IMG/VR virus record: IMGVR_UViG_3300032030_002018
Source of the DNA: a virus
Lineage: Duplodnaviria; Caudoviricetes
Length of the DNA: 64,000 bases
Direction: 5' to 3' (one strand)
The translations under genes and the position numbers were made by a program. Under the pieces are notes generated by a model. The model was not told the DNA's origin, did no database searches, and worked only from the letters and a program-made list of their open reading frames with translations. Below are positions 17,867 to 27,239 of this stretch, piece by piece (the stretch's first letter is position 1; each line of letters opens with the position of its first letter).

Positions 17867-18286
17867 TTAATATGGATGATTAATTTCTTTAAGATGGTCA
17901 ATGATAATCTTTGATGTCTTGCAAGCGTATTCATTTCTGCCATCATAATAGTTCTTTTCGCAATTCTCTGCGAGTTTGGATATGTATGCCATACACACCT
18001 TGAACATCTCATTTTGTAGGTATCTATGGTCGTAAGACATCTTTTCAGCGACCCTTGTCTTACTGCGCATCTTCCCATTGACAAAGTTACCAAACTGCCT
18101 TGCAAAGACATCATCCTCTGTCTCATTGTCACGTCTGCACATCCCATATTCAAACCTTTCAAGGACTTGATTCAATAGGTGTGTTTTTCCATCACTTGTT
18201 ATCAAATCTCCTTTTATCAGTGAGACAATCTCCTCATTTGTAAGTTGATAACTCTCTAATTCTCTTCCTTCTACTTTGAACTTCAT
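17867..18286 (-). CDS. Hypothetical protein
   Basis: 139-aa ORF with own promoter. Confidence 0.85.
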   Translation of the reverse strand: MKFKVEGRELESYQLTNEEIVSLIKGDLITSDGKTHLLNQVLERFEYGMCRRDNETEDDVFARQFGNFVNGKMRSKTRVAEKMSYDHRYLQNEMFKVCMAYISKLAENCEKNYYDGRNEYACKTSKIIIDHLKEINHPY

Positions 18287-18530
18287 ATCTCTATCTGTTT
18301 TTATTGGTTTAACTTAATGCAAATGTAAGAAATTTATTTGAATTATCCAAATATTTTGAGAACTTTTTTCAATTTTTTTATAGGTGCGTCCTGAGCACAC
18401 GTCTCTCTGACACAAATGTAAGCAATTTATTTTAATCTACCAAATAAATTAACAAAAAAGTGCAATCTCAATTAAGAAATTGCACTTTCCAACATAAAAA
18501 GTTATTAACCAATAAAACAACAAAGATAGA

Positions 18531-18887
18531 TTATACTAAATCGTCGTCTTCAAAATCTTCTTCATCATCCAACAGACCAAAATACTCCAAAGCGTCCTCA
18601 TCAAAGAATTCATTCAAATCATATTCGTCTGTTAATTGGTCAAGAGTGTGATAGCCGGTTGTAGCATATAGCACACTATCCAATGTATCAATAGATAATC
18701 CATTAATGTTTGTAACAAGTTGAAGCGCATCTTCTGACACAATGCCACTATCTATTAGGAAATCATAATATTGCCTTTCTACATTGCTCATACTCTCTTT
18801 AATCAATCGTTTGTTTATTGCTTTTGTAACTCTTTCTGTAATGAGTTGATTCAAGTCATTTTCAGTTAGTCTAATTCTCTTTTTCAT
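18531..18887 (-). CDS. Acidic protein with N-terminal MKKRIRLTENDL...LIKE motif
   Basis: Motif family; ATATTTAT upstream. Confidence 0.85.
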   Translation of the reverse strand: MKKRIRLTENDLNQLITERVTKAINKRLIKESMSNVERQYYDFLIDSGIVSEDALQLVTNINGLSIDTLDSVLYATTGYHTLDQLTDEYDLNEFFDEDALEYFGLLDDEEDFEDDDLV

Positions 18888-18943
18888 ATCTATATCAATT
18901 TTTTATATAATATAAATATATCAATAGAATGAAAAATACTTTG

Positions 18944-19026
18944 TGCCTACGGTGGGAATCGAACCCACAAGGGATAAATCCCAATGGATTTTAAGTCCAT
19001 AGCGTTTGCCATTTCGCCACATAGGC
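18944..19026 (-). tRNA. tRNA-Leu (TAA)
   Basis: GCCTATG/CGTAGGC acceptor, ATGGA-CTTAAAA-TCCAT anticodon arm, long variable arm, GTGGG-TTCGATT-CCCAC T-arm. Confidence 0.95.
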
Positions 19027-19121
19027 ATACATACAGGTGAGTGAATTAAAATCTTGGAACAATATTTATTATAATCAAAAATTGCTGTAACTCACCTTGA
19101 TGTAAAATTCAGCAACTATAT

Positions 19122-19145
19122 TTATTTGGGACTTGCTCTTGCCAT
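19122..19145 (-). CDS. Minigene MARASPK
   Basis: ATG GCA AGA GCA AGT CCC AAA TAA after an ACCTTTAAT leader shared with 19341-19364. Confidence 0.5.
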   Translation of the reverse strand: MARASPK

Positions 19146-19200
19146 ATTAAAGGTTAACTAATAGTCATTAATTAAAAACTAAAAATTCTTTAATATTCAA

Positions 19201-19263
19201 TTAAATGGGTCGGTCTCTTGCCATAAGTGATGGACTTGAATGTATGTGTGCTTTTGTAACCAT
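19201..19263 (-). CDS. Small ORF MVTKAHIHSSPSL-MARDRPI (internal start at 19224)
   Basis: Ends with ATG GCA AGA GAC CGA CCC ATT TAA. Confidence 0.45.
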   Translation of the reverse strand: MVTKAHIHSSPSLMARDRPI

Positions 19264-19340
19264 AATTGGATAACCCTATTATGCACTATGATGTTGGGGT
19301 TTTGTTTTTATTTAAATATCACCTACTTTTTTCCACAATG

Positions 19341-19364
19341 TTATTTCGGACCGTCTCTTGCCAT
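19341..19364 (-). CDS. Minigene MARDGPK
   Basis: ATG GCA AGA GAC GGT CCG AAA TAA in the normal first-gene position behind the consensus promoter at ~19398. Confidence 0.55.
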   Translation of the reverse strand: MARDGPK

Positions 19365-19449
19365 ATTAAAGGTGTTTTTATTGATTGTTTGACATTGCAA
19401 ATGTACACAATTTATTTTAATTATCCAAATGTTTTGAGGACTTTTTTTT

Positions 19450-19626
19450 TCAACTTTCCAAAAACAATATCAAATCTAATTCGTCTCCAAAGCCTTGTTC
19501 TTCAAGCACTTCTAATGCTCTATTGGATGCCTCACTTCCATCTGTGAGTATTGCATAGAGTCTTCCGTAGAAACCTTGGCAACTTGCCAATCCCTTAATA
19601 GCGTCTAAAATCTGTTCCTTATTCAT
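19450..19626 (-). CDS. MNKEQI family small protein (paralog 2, 58 aa)
   Basis: Manual translation MNKEQILDAIKGLASCQGFYGRLY...; own promoter. Confidence 0.8.
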   Translation of the reverse strand: MNKEQILDAIKGLASCQGFYGRLYAILTDGSEASNRALEVLEEQGFGDELDLILFLES

Positions 19627-19672
19627 ATCTGTTCTTGTTTATTGGTTGTTTGTTGATGTAAATGTAAGCAAT

Positions 19673-19885
19673 TTATTTGATATTACCAAATGTTTTGACC
19701 ACTTTTTTCAACTTTTCCAAAAAAATCATCAAATCTACTACATCACTAAAATTCTGTTCTTCAAACAACTCTAATGCTCTCTTGGATGTTTCACTTCCAT
19801 CTGTGAGCCTTGCATAGAGTCTCCCATAATATCCTTGGGAATATGATAAAATCTTAATCGCCTCTAAAATTTGTTCCTTATTCAT
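19673..19885 (-). CDS. MNKEQI family small protein (paralog 3)
   Basis: Near-duplicate of the adjacent gene; own promoter. Confidence 0.8.
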   Translation of the reverse strand: MNKEQILEAIKILSYSQGYYGRLYARLTDGSETSKRALELFEEQNFSDVVDLMIFLEKLKKVVKTFGNIK

Positions 19886-19961
19886 ATCTGTTCTTGTTTA
19901 TTGGTTACATTGCAAATGTAAGCAATTTATTCGATATTACCAAATGTTTTGACCACTTTTT

Positions 19962-20222
19962 TCAAGAAATTTGTTTGAAATGATAAGAGGTCATTTCCTT
20001 TCCCATTGATGTGGTGTGCGTTTTCTTCTCCCAAGTGAATTGATATGTCAGTACAACATCATTGCAATTGTAAGAACCAAAATTGAATGATACAAGGTCA
20101 TCATCACTATGTGTTATAGTTATTGGCATATCCTTTTCCATTTGGTCATACAAGGTCTGTTTGTCATAGACACAAGCATACAAGTACATTCTCCTTATAT
20201 ACCCTAAAAATCGCTCTCTCAT
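19962..20222 (-). CDS. Hypothetical protein
   Basis: ATGA overlap. Confidence 0.75.
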   Translation of the reverse strand: MRERFLGYIRRMYLYACVYDKQTLYDQMEKDMPITITHSDDDLVSFNFGSYNCNDVVLTYQFTWEKKTHTTSMGKEMTSYHFKQIS

Positions 20223-20500
20223 AGGGTGTATAACTCTTTTATGTAATGATAATCATAAATGATTGTAGTTGCGCCATTGATAATGCTCTCAAAGGTATCC
20301 TTGGCATCCTCATAAGAGTAAGCATTAACTTCTGCATCAACATTGATACAAAACTCATCCTCATCTTCTTCAACATCAATGTTAACGTCGATATTGAGGT
20401 TTCTCAAAGTCTCTACCAACTCATCCTTTGTCTTGGTGTCTGCGCCATTTACAAAGAATGTTGCGCCTATACCCCATCTCTTTAATTCTTTTGTCTTCAT
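20219..20500 (-). CDS. Acidic hypothetical protein
   Basis: Own promoter cassette. Confidence 0.8.
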   Translation of the reverse strand: MKTKELKRWGIGATFFVNGADTKTKDELVETLRNLNIDVNIDVEEDEDEFCINVDAEVNAYSYEDAKDTFESIINGATTIIYDYHYIKELYTL

Positions 20501-20566
20501 ATTCTTGTTTTATTGGTACATTGCAAATGTAAGTTATTTATTTGAATTATCCAAATATTTTGAGGA

Positions 20567-20803
20567 TTATTTTATGCGAATTACTAAAATTCCCTCTTCC
20601 ATAGAGCAAGAATCTTTTGTCTCACCTACTTTCATATCTTTGTATTCCTCATAGTAAAGACCATTTTTAATAAAGTCATCCTTTGTATCAAGAGCCACAA
20701 TAAAAGGCTCTCCATTTGTCCACAACTTGATGTCATTTGTTCCAATGGCAACATACTTTGAATTGATAGTGTTCAACTCTCCATTCTTTAAGGTCTTTTC
20801 CAT
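20567..20803 (-). CDS. Hypothetical protein
   Basis: Own promoter cassette. Confidence 0.8.
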   Translation of the reverse strand: MEKTLKNGELNTINSKYVAIGTNDIKLWTNGEPFIVALDTKDDFIKNGLYYEEYKDMKVGETKDSCSMEEGILVIRIK

Positions 20804-21047
20804 ATCTCTTGTTTTTATTGGTTACATTGCAAATGTAAGCAATTTATTTTAATCTACCAGGCATTTAGACAACTTTTTCAATTTTTTTTATATGTGTTCT
20901 GATTATCACATATACAGACCTTGGTCTGACACAAATGTAAGCAATTTATTTGAAACTACCAAATAAATTAACAAAAAAATCCACCAATGTTTCGCAACAT
21001 CAGTGGATTTTACCCCCCTACTTACCAACCCAACTCAACCCTATTGG

Positions 21048-21545
21048 CTAAAATGGGATTCCAAGGTTCTCACAAAGGAGTTTGTAGTCAGTGAGTCTTG
21101 TTGTGGCATCCTTGCCAAGCACCTTGCTCTTTCCCAATACATCCTCAAAGGTCTCAAAGTCACTACTAACCTTGTCGTGAAACCTCTTTATGAGGCGAAT
21201 GACCACATCACTCATCTTGCCACCCACTTTGTTATAGGCGAGGTATGCCATACCCATTTTGTACACCATAAGCACCTTTTCAGGGTCAAACTTCTTGTAA
21301 CCCTTCTCAAAGTCACACATTCTGTATGCGCCATCCCCCACTCCAACTGAAAGGACAAAGTACATCGGGATTTGCTGATTCTCTGCCATAAACTTCACAA
21401 TGGCATCGCATACATCCTTATGTGCTTGCGCCTTGAGTTTCTCATTGTGTTTCTTACCACCCTCGCAATATTGTTTGAGGTTATACTTGCCATTCAACTT
21501 CTTGTTTGCTACTTCCTCAATGAGGTTCTTGATTGTGTTACTCAT
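21048..21545 (-). CDS. Hypothetical protein
   Basis: 165-aa ORF with promoter and terminator. Confidence 0.85.
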   Translation of the reverse strand: MSNTIKNLIEEVANKKLNGKYNLKQYCEGGKKHNEKLKAQAHKDVCDAIVKFMAENQQIPMYFVLSVGVGDGAYRMCDFEKGYKKFDPEKVLMVYKMGMAYLAYNKVGGKMSDVVIRLIKRFHDKVSSDFETFEDVLGKSKVLGKDATTRLTDYKLLCENLGIPF

Positions 21546-21897
21546 ACTTGTTTGTTTTTTTATTGGTTTGACTTATTGTTTGTTTGTCTATATTGCAAAT
21601 GTAAGCAATTTATTTTATATTTCCAAATTATTTGAGGATTTTTTTAAGAAATTCTTTTGTGGATTTGGTATTCCGCATTTGGATTTTTCTCTTGTAGTTT
21701 CGCTACAACCCTCTTTGCTCTATCCATTTCATCCCTTGCGGTGATGAAAGACACTCTACCATTTGGGTAATATCTTACTACTACAAACTCTACTTCTCTG
21801 TCATAATTTCCCATATCTCTATATCTGTTTATTGGTTTGACAATGTAAATGTAAGCAATTTATTTGATATCTCCAAATTATTTGAGAACTTTTTTAA

Positions 21898-22350
21898 TTA
21901 ATTCTCCAAATAATATGTTACATAGAGATTATAGATTTCGCTATATGATGGGTATGAATATGGTGCTTTGAGGACTTCATCAATAATTTCGCCCAAGTTG
22001 CGACAAAGGATGCTAACAAGTTCGTTCTCATCCTCAATTTGCTTTGGTGTTGGATATTTCTCGCCAAACAAGAATAGATTCTTGCCATAATAGTCGTGTT
22101 CCTCCATCTTTGCGATGTCAGTCCAAGTCAGTCCACCTTTAACACAAGTGGAAAGGTCATCTTGATTGTTGAGGTCAAATATGTAGTTATTTCCATTGCC
22201 ACAAGTTTCCTCATAAGCATTGTGCGCATTCAAGACACACAAAATCATTTGTGAATCCTTGCTTCTAATGGCGGCCTCAACCCTTTCTTCAATGATGGTT
22301 GATAACTCCAAAACTAACTCTTTCAGAACGTCTTTGTCTTCGCTATACAT
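21898..22350 (-). CDS. Hypothetical protein
   Basis: Own promoter cassette. Confidence 0.85.
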   Translation of the reverse strand: MYSEDKDVLKELVLELSTIIEERVEAAIRSKDSQMILCVLNAHNAYEETCGNGNNYIFDLNNQDDLSTCVKGGLTWTDIAKMEEHDYYGKNLFLFGEKYPTPKQIEDENELVSILCRNLGEIIDEVLKAPYSYPSYSEIYNLYVTYYLEN

Positions 22351-22435
22351 ATCTCTATTCTGTTTTTATTGGTTTAACAACAATCCAAATGTAAACAATT
22401 TATTTGATATTTCCAAATATTTTTGGAGTTTATTT

Positions 22436-22786
22436 TCAATAAATTGTTTCATTTATTTCCTCTCCATTGATGTCAAGGACAAATGTAATGTGTTGTAGAG
22501 TGATATTCCCCTCTATTGTGGAATAGACACCATCATAGGTATCAATGTCGCAAAGTTGTACTTGCATTGCATTGTCTTGGCAAAAGACTTGAATGTCATA
22601 GGTAACGCCATCCAATGTGATTGAATGCCAAGGTCCATCCTCAACAAAGAAATCACCATAAGGAGCATCAAAGTTCTCCAAACCAATTCTAACCTCTTCG
22701 CCATTCATTATGATAGTAAGGTAGCAATGCTTTACTCTCACATTGTTGTTGAGGTTTTGTCTCAAAAGGATGTCTAATGTTCTCAT
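22436..22786 (-). CDS. Hypothetical protein
   Basis: Own promoter cassette. Confidence 0.8.
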   Translation of the reverse strand: MRTLDILLRQNLNNNVRVKHCYLTIIMNGEEVRIGLENFDAPYGDFFVEDGPWHSITLDGVTYDIQVFCQDNAMQVQLCDIDTYDGVYSTIEGNITLQHITFVLDINGEEINETIY

Positions 22787-23024
22787 ATCTCTTATTGTTT
22801 ATTGGTTACATTGCAAATGTAAGTTATTTATTTGAATTATCCAAATATTTGAGTAACTTTTTTTCATTTTTTTTATATGAACTCTGTTTCTCTCATACAC
22901 AGACCTTGGTCTGACACAAATGTAAACAATTTATTTTAAACTACCAAATAAATTAACAAAAAAATCCCACCAATGTTTCACAACATTGATGGGATACCAA
23001 CTTTCCCACATTATTTACTATTTT

Positions 23025-23855
23025 TTATTTAACAAATTTCCAATATTTGTCCAAATATTTTTTCTCAATTGCCCCAAAGAAACAACCACCACCACTAACA
23101 TTCACATAGGTATCCAAAACTTCATCAATTTCAACTTGATAAGGAATTCTCTTGTATTCAAGAATTGTGCCAATATCATACTTCACAACTTTCTCACCAT
23201 CCCAAAACATATCAAGTTTTGCCAATCTCTCTTTGAACTCAACAATGTCTTTGATTTCAGCGGGTCTAAAATAATCACAATGACAAATAGCATTGGTTTT
23301 AGTTGAAATGTTACCATAGTTTTCATCCTTTGAAACCCAAAACAAATTATTGAAATAACTTCTGTTTATCCTCTTGTCAAAGACAACAATGTCTCCATTA
23401 TTTGTATTGACAAGAACATCTCCACATTGGGAATGCTTAATATCCCATTTGTCCTCTATCATATCAATCAAGATATCACCCTTATTGCCATCTTGGTCAA
23501 CCACATACACTTTATCACCTTTGATATCAATGATTTTGACCAATGAATCGCAATATACAACCCAATCACCAACATTGTAGTTTGTGACTTTGAGAACTTC
23601 TTCCCAACCATCCCAAGTTCTATGGTCTTTGGAGGGCCACAGAATACAAGGTGACATTTCCCAATTGTCATAGAATGTTCCATATTCTGTTAAGGTTTCA
23701 TAATACCCATTGTCAACGCCCTTAATTGTAATCGTCATATTGGATTCATTAGTATCATCAACGCCAAGGTAGTACACCTCTCCAATCAAGTCGCACCACA
23801 TTTTGGTCTTGATTGGTAATTTGTACATAATCTCAATAAGGTTCTTCTTTTCCAT
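23025..23855 (-). CDS. Multi-module hypothetical protein related to the VGDW/GDVL/PAT family
   Basis: NVGDWVV..KWDI..GDVLV..RPAE modules resemble 33258-35093. Confidence 0.8.
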   Translation of the reverse strand: MEKKNLIEIMYKLPIKTKMWCDLIGEVYYLGVDDTNESNMTITIKGVDNGYYETLTEYGTFYDNWEMSPCILWPSKDHRTWDGWEEVLKVTNYNVGDWVVYCDSLVKIIDIKGDKVYVVDQDGNKGDILIDMIEDKWDIKHSQCGDVLVNTNNGDIVVFDKRINRSYFNNLFWVSKDENYGNISTKTNAICHCDYFRPAEIKDIVEFKERLAKLDMFWDGEKVVKYDIGTILEYKRIPYQVEIDEVLDTYVNVSGGGCFFGAIEKKYLDKYWKFVK

Positions 23856-23934
23856 ATCTCTATTCTGTTTTTATTGGTTACATTGCAAATGTAAGTTATT
23901 TATTTGATATCTCCAAACTTTTTGGAGACTTTTT

Positions 23935-24783
23935 TCAAGAAATCATAAACTTTATATCATCCACAATAGCATTGATTACATTATCATTTGTGACATCGCA
24001 ACTACTTTCGCCACACAATGGCACTCTACAAGTCAAACAAGCAATACCCCTATTGTCCAAATTCAATGTCATTGAACCCATTTGGCATTTGCCATCATAG
24101 ACAACAATTGCCATATAGTTATTAATATTGCCATCACATCCTCTTTTTCCCTCTCTTGCACTAATGTTCAAAGTTGGGAACAATGGTTTAACCATATCCA
24201 CAATGGCATTGATATCAAGTTCGCCTTTCCACTTCATAGAGTCTCTATATTTCAATTCCTCATCCACCTTTGATTTGAGTAACTTTGTAATCATTTTCAT
24301 ACCAACTACGCCAAAGTCAGTAAGATGGACAAACTTCTCCTTATATGTCCTAAAATTATAAAGTTGAATGGTGCAATTATATTCACCATCAAAAGTAGAA
24401 ATGCTATATATGGTAGGGAACTTCTTCAATTCAGAATTATCCATTTCCAACACATAGGTGTTATTATTGTATATTTTCTCCCAACTTGCAAAGTAAGAGT
24501 GAGAAATAGACAACTCTTTGCATTGGTCAAATACATTGATATATTCCTTTGCGATATCACCATACTTGGCAATGAGTTCTTTTTCTCCTTTGAGCAATCT
24601 CATTGTATCCTTGATTGTACAAGTATATAATCCCATATCTTCCAAAGCACATTGGAGTTTATAGTTATTGTATATGTTCCATTCATCTACACCACAATCC
24701 ACCAACTTCTTGGTATACTCTTTCATACCTTTGATTGTATTGAGGTTGATGCCATTTGCCATTTCAATGTACTTGTTTTCCAT
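23935..24783 (-). CDS. Hypothetical protein
   Basis: 282-aa ORF, own promoter. Confidence 0.85.
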   Translation of the reverse strand: MENKYIEMANGINLNTIKGMKEYTKKLVDCGVDEWNIYNNYKLQCALEDMGLYTCTIKDTMRLLKGEKELIAKYGDIAKEYINVFDQCKELSISHSYFASWEKIYNNNTYVLEMDNSELKKFPTIYSISTFDGEYNCTIQLYNFRTYKEKFVHLTDFGVVGMKMITKLLKSKVDEELKYRDSMKWKGELDINAIVDMVKPLFPTLNISAREGKRGCDGNINNYMAIVVYDGKCQMGSMTLNLDNRGIACLTCRVPLCGESSCDVTNDNVINAIVDDIKFMIS

Positions 24784-25194
24784 ATCTCTATTCTTGTTTT
24801 ATTGATTATATTGCAAATGTAAGTTATTTATCTGAATTATCCAAATATTTTTGAGACTTTTTTCATATTTTTTTATTGGTTGTCTGACACATAGGCATAC
24901 ACCTTGGTCTGTCACAAATGTAAGCAATTTATTTGAATTGACCAAATAAATAACGCACAAAAAGTGTTAACAGATGTTAAAAAACACCCGTTAACACTAT
25001 ATGGTACAATGGTTTGTGTTGTGATTACCTTATGATATCAATCATTGCAAGTGCAAGAATCATTAGGAAAGCGCACAACACACACACAATGTTTTGGAAA
25101 GCATTGACAACCTCATTCTCCCTATCAAGCATAGTTTCTGATGCTATCAGAATAAGAATTGCCACAATGAAAATCATAATTGCTATGTGTGCCA

Positions 25195-25422
25195 TTACTT
25201 ATATATTTTTGGTCTTATTCCCTCAATGTAGGTATCATATAGTACATCCACCCACTCCATTGCAATGGACGCATATTCATCCATTATTGGTTTGTCACCA
25301 ATGGTACACGCCTTTGGGTCATTCCCATTGGATGCCAATCTATTCATTAGGTCATTACCCTCTTTTACAAAGATGGGTGCGATTGCCTTCAAAAGGTCTA
25401 ACTTAACTTGTGTCTTTAACAT
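25195..25422 (-). CDS. Small hypothetical protein
   Basis: Own promoter cassette. Confidence 0.75.
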   Translation of the reverse strand: MLKTQVKLDLLKAIAPIFVKEGNDLMNRLASNGNDPKACTIGDKPIMDEYASIAMEWVDVLYDTYIEGIRPKIYK

Positions 25423-25502
25423 ATTTCTATCTGTTTTTATTGGTTGAACAATCCAAATGTAAACAATTTATTTTAATCTACCAAATATTTGAGTAACTTT
25501 TT

Positions 25503-26018
25503 TTAATAAATTCTCAAATATGGTGCATCCATATTCCTTCTAAATGGATAGGGCAAGTCATTGTATCTCTTTACCACACTTTCCAACTCCTCAAAGACCT
25601 TGCAATAGTCATCATAATGGTCTATTGTACTTTGGTGTTCATCAGTGTTTTTCTTAAAGTTCTCAATCCACGCTTGACCTACCTTATCATTAATGGTTGA
25701 ATCATAGTCAATCCTACCATCATTAGTAAGGTTGCATTTTACATAGATTGTCTCGCAATCTGTGTAGTTATATGGGGACACTCTAACACTAATCTCAATG
25801 TGGTCGTATTCTCTTTCCCTTACATAGAGATACTCATTCATCTTCTTGCCCTCTTCATTCAAGGCATTGATGAACCTCTTATTATAGACTTTCCCATTGA
25901 ATTTCAATGCCATCATTGGGAAATACACATTCTCAACAAAGTCAAGAATCTCTTTGCGAAGGTTAATTCTTTTCTCAATGTCCTTGACAAACTCACTTTT
26001 GATTTTCTTTTCTCTCAT
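25503..26018 (-). CDS. Hypothetical protein
   Basis: Own promoter cassette. Confidence 0.85.
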   Translation of the reverse strand: MREKKIKSEFVKDIEKRINLRKEILDFVENVYFPMMALKFNGKVYNKRFINALNEEGKKMNEYLYVREREYDHIEISVRVSPYNYTDCETIYVKCNLTNDGRIDYDSTINDKVGQAWIENFKKNTDEHQSTIDHYDDYCKVFEELESVVKRYNDLPYPFRRNMDAPYLRIY

Positions 26019-26093
26019 ATTCTTGTTTTATTGGTTGAACATTGTAAATGTAAATAATTTATTTGAATTATCCAAACTTTTGGGAGACTTTTT

Positions 26094-26300
26094 TTAAGTA
26101 TATTCAATCCATTCAAGTTCTCCTTTATCAATTGACTCCCTAACAACCATATTGAGATGTCTGATTATGTGTAGCATAATCATTGACCCCTCTGTGAGAC
26201 TTCCATCACTTTTTGTTTGTAGGTGTGATTCTATTACATTCTTTAAGTAATTTAGGTCTGTTCCTACAAACCTTAATGCTTGTTTCTCTTCTTTTGTCAT
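26094..26300 (-). CDS. Small hypothetical protein
   Basis: Own promoter cassette. Confidence 0.75.
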   Translation of the reverse strand: MTKEEKQALRFVGTDLNYLKNVIESHLQTKSDGSLTEGSMIMLHIIRHLNMVVRESIDKGELEWIEYT

Positions 26301-26648
26301 ACCTTATTATATTGTTTTATTGGTTGAACATTGCAAATGTAAGTTATTTTTTTGAAGATTCCAAATTTTTCCTAATAAAAATTAAAATAAAGTTTATAAA
26401 ATTATCAGAATCTCCGGAACAGGAAATGCAGCTTACACTCTCTACTCTGTCACAAATGTAAGCAATTTTTTTGACATAAACAAATTTTTTTGAAGAAAAA
26501 TGAAAAATTTTTCTCAAAATTGTGTCTTTTTCAATTTTACGAGATATTTATATATGATATATATTTATTATATATCAATAAGAATGTCCGGATAAATAGA
26601 TTCTTCTTTAAATATATTAACCAATAAATAATATAATATATATTATAT

Positions 26649-26665
26649 AACAAAAACCGTGCCAA
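26649..26665 (-). promoter_or_regulatory. Sigma54-like -24/-12 site
   Basis: TTGGCACGGTTTTTGTT versus consensus TGGCACG-N4-TTGC. Confidence 0.4.
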
Positions 26666-26915
26666 AGTCAATAGTTTTTGAAACTTTTTTTCATATTTTT
26701 TTATGTTAAATTATTTGGTTAATTGAGATAAATTGTTTACATTTGTGTCAGCGTGTATTATATGGCATTGATTAGGTTCAATGTCATTTTTCATACCCAA
26801 AATTTAACAGATGTTAAAATGTTAAAATCCAGCGAAATCCAGCGAATTCCAGTTCTTTATATCAAAAATAGATTGTTTACATTTGCTCTGTAATCAATTA
26901 AAAACAATATATAAT

Positions 26916-27155
26916 ATGGAAAATCAAATAATGAATGAATTAAAGAAATTTGCAAAAGTAAATGGTTTAACTATCATTACAGTAGATAAAACATTAAAAA
27001 CCAATAAGTTAGGTTTTTATATTTATATATTTGACAATCAAACAAATAAAAGAACATATAAATATATATGTGATAAATTGACTGATAATGTTATTTCTCA
27101 CATATATATTATAATATGTAGATATATTGCTGGAGTGTTAAAAATTAACATTTAA
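26916..27155 (+). CDS. Hypothetical protein
   Basis: ORF after promoter at ~26878. Confidence 0.7.
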   Translation: MENQIMNELKKFAKVNGLTIITVDKTLKTNKLGFYIYIFDNQTNKRTYKYICDKLTDNVISHIYIIICRYIAGVLKINI

Positions 27156-27239
27156 CACTCTGGTAATTTTATTTTTATATATCAAAAACTTTGATATTAC
27201 AGATATTTTGTATATATTTGCAATGTAATATTAAAGTGT

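Larger units (their letters stand above)
4980..27230. promoter_or_regulatory. Array of about 50 Bacteroidota-type sigma70 (early) promoters, consensus TTTGG-N8-AAATAAATTGYTTACATTTG
   Basis: Motif counted by eye about 14 times on + and about 36 on -; matches Bacteroidota -33 TTTG / -7 TAnnTTTG; usually followed by CAATGT..AACCAATAAAAACA..AGATATG. Confidence 0.9.

Noticed and set aside
19266-19547. 93-aa + strand ORF over the minigene region
   Set aside because: TTG start, antisense to a promoter cassette and the MNKEQI gene, low-complexity translation
4980-27230. CRISPR array or integron suggested by the recurring ~30-bp repeat
   Set aside because: Spacing is irregular (90-1500 bp), intervals are genes, the repeat matches a promoter consensus, and there is no cas gene, integrase or attC structure in the window
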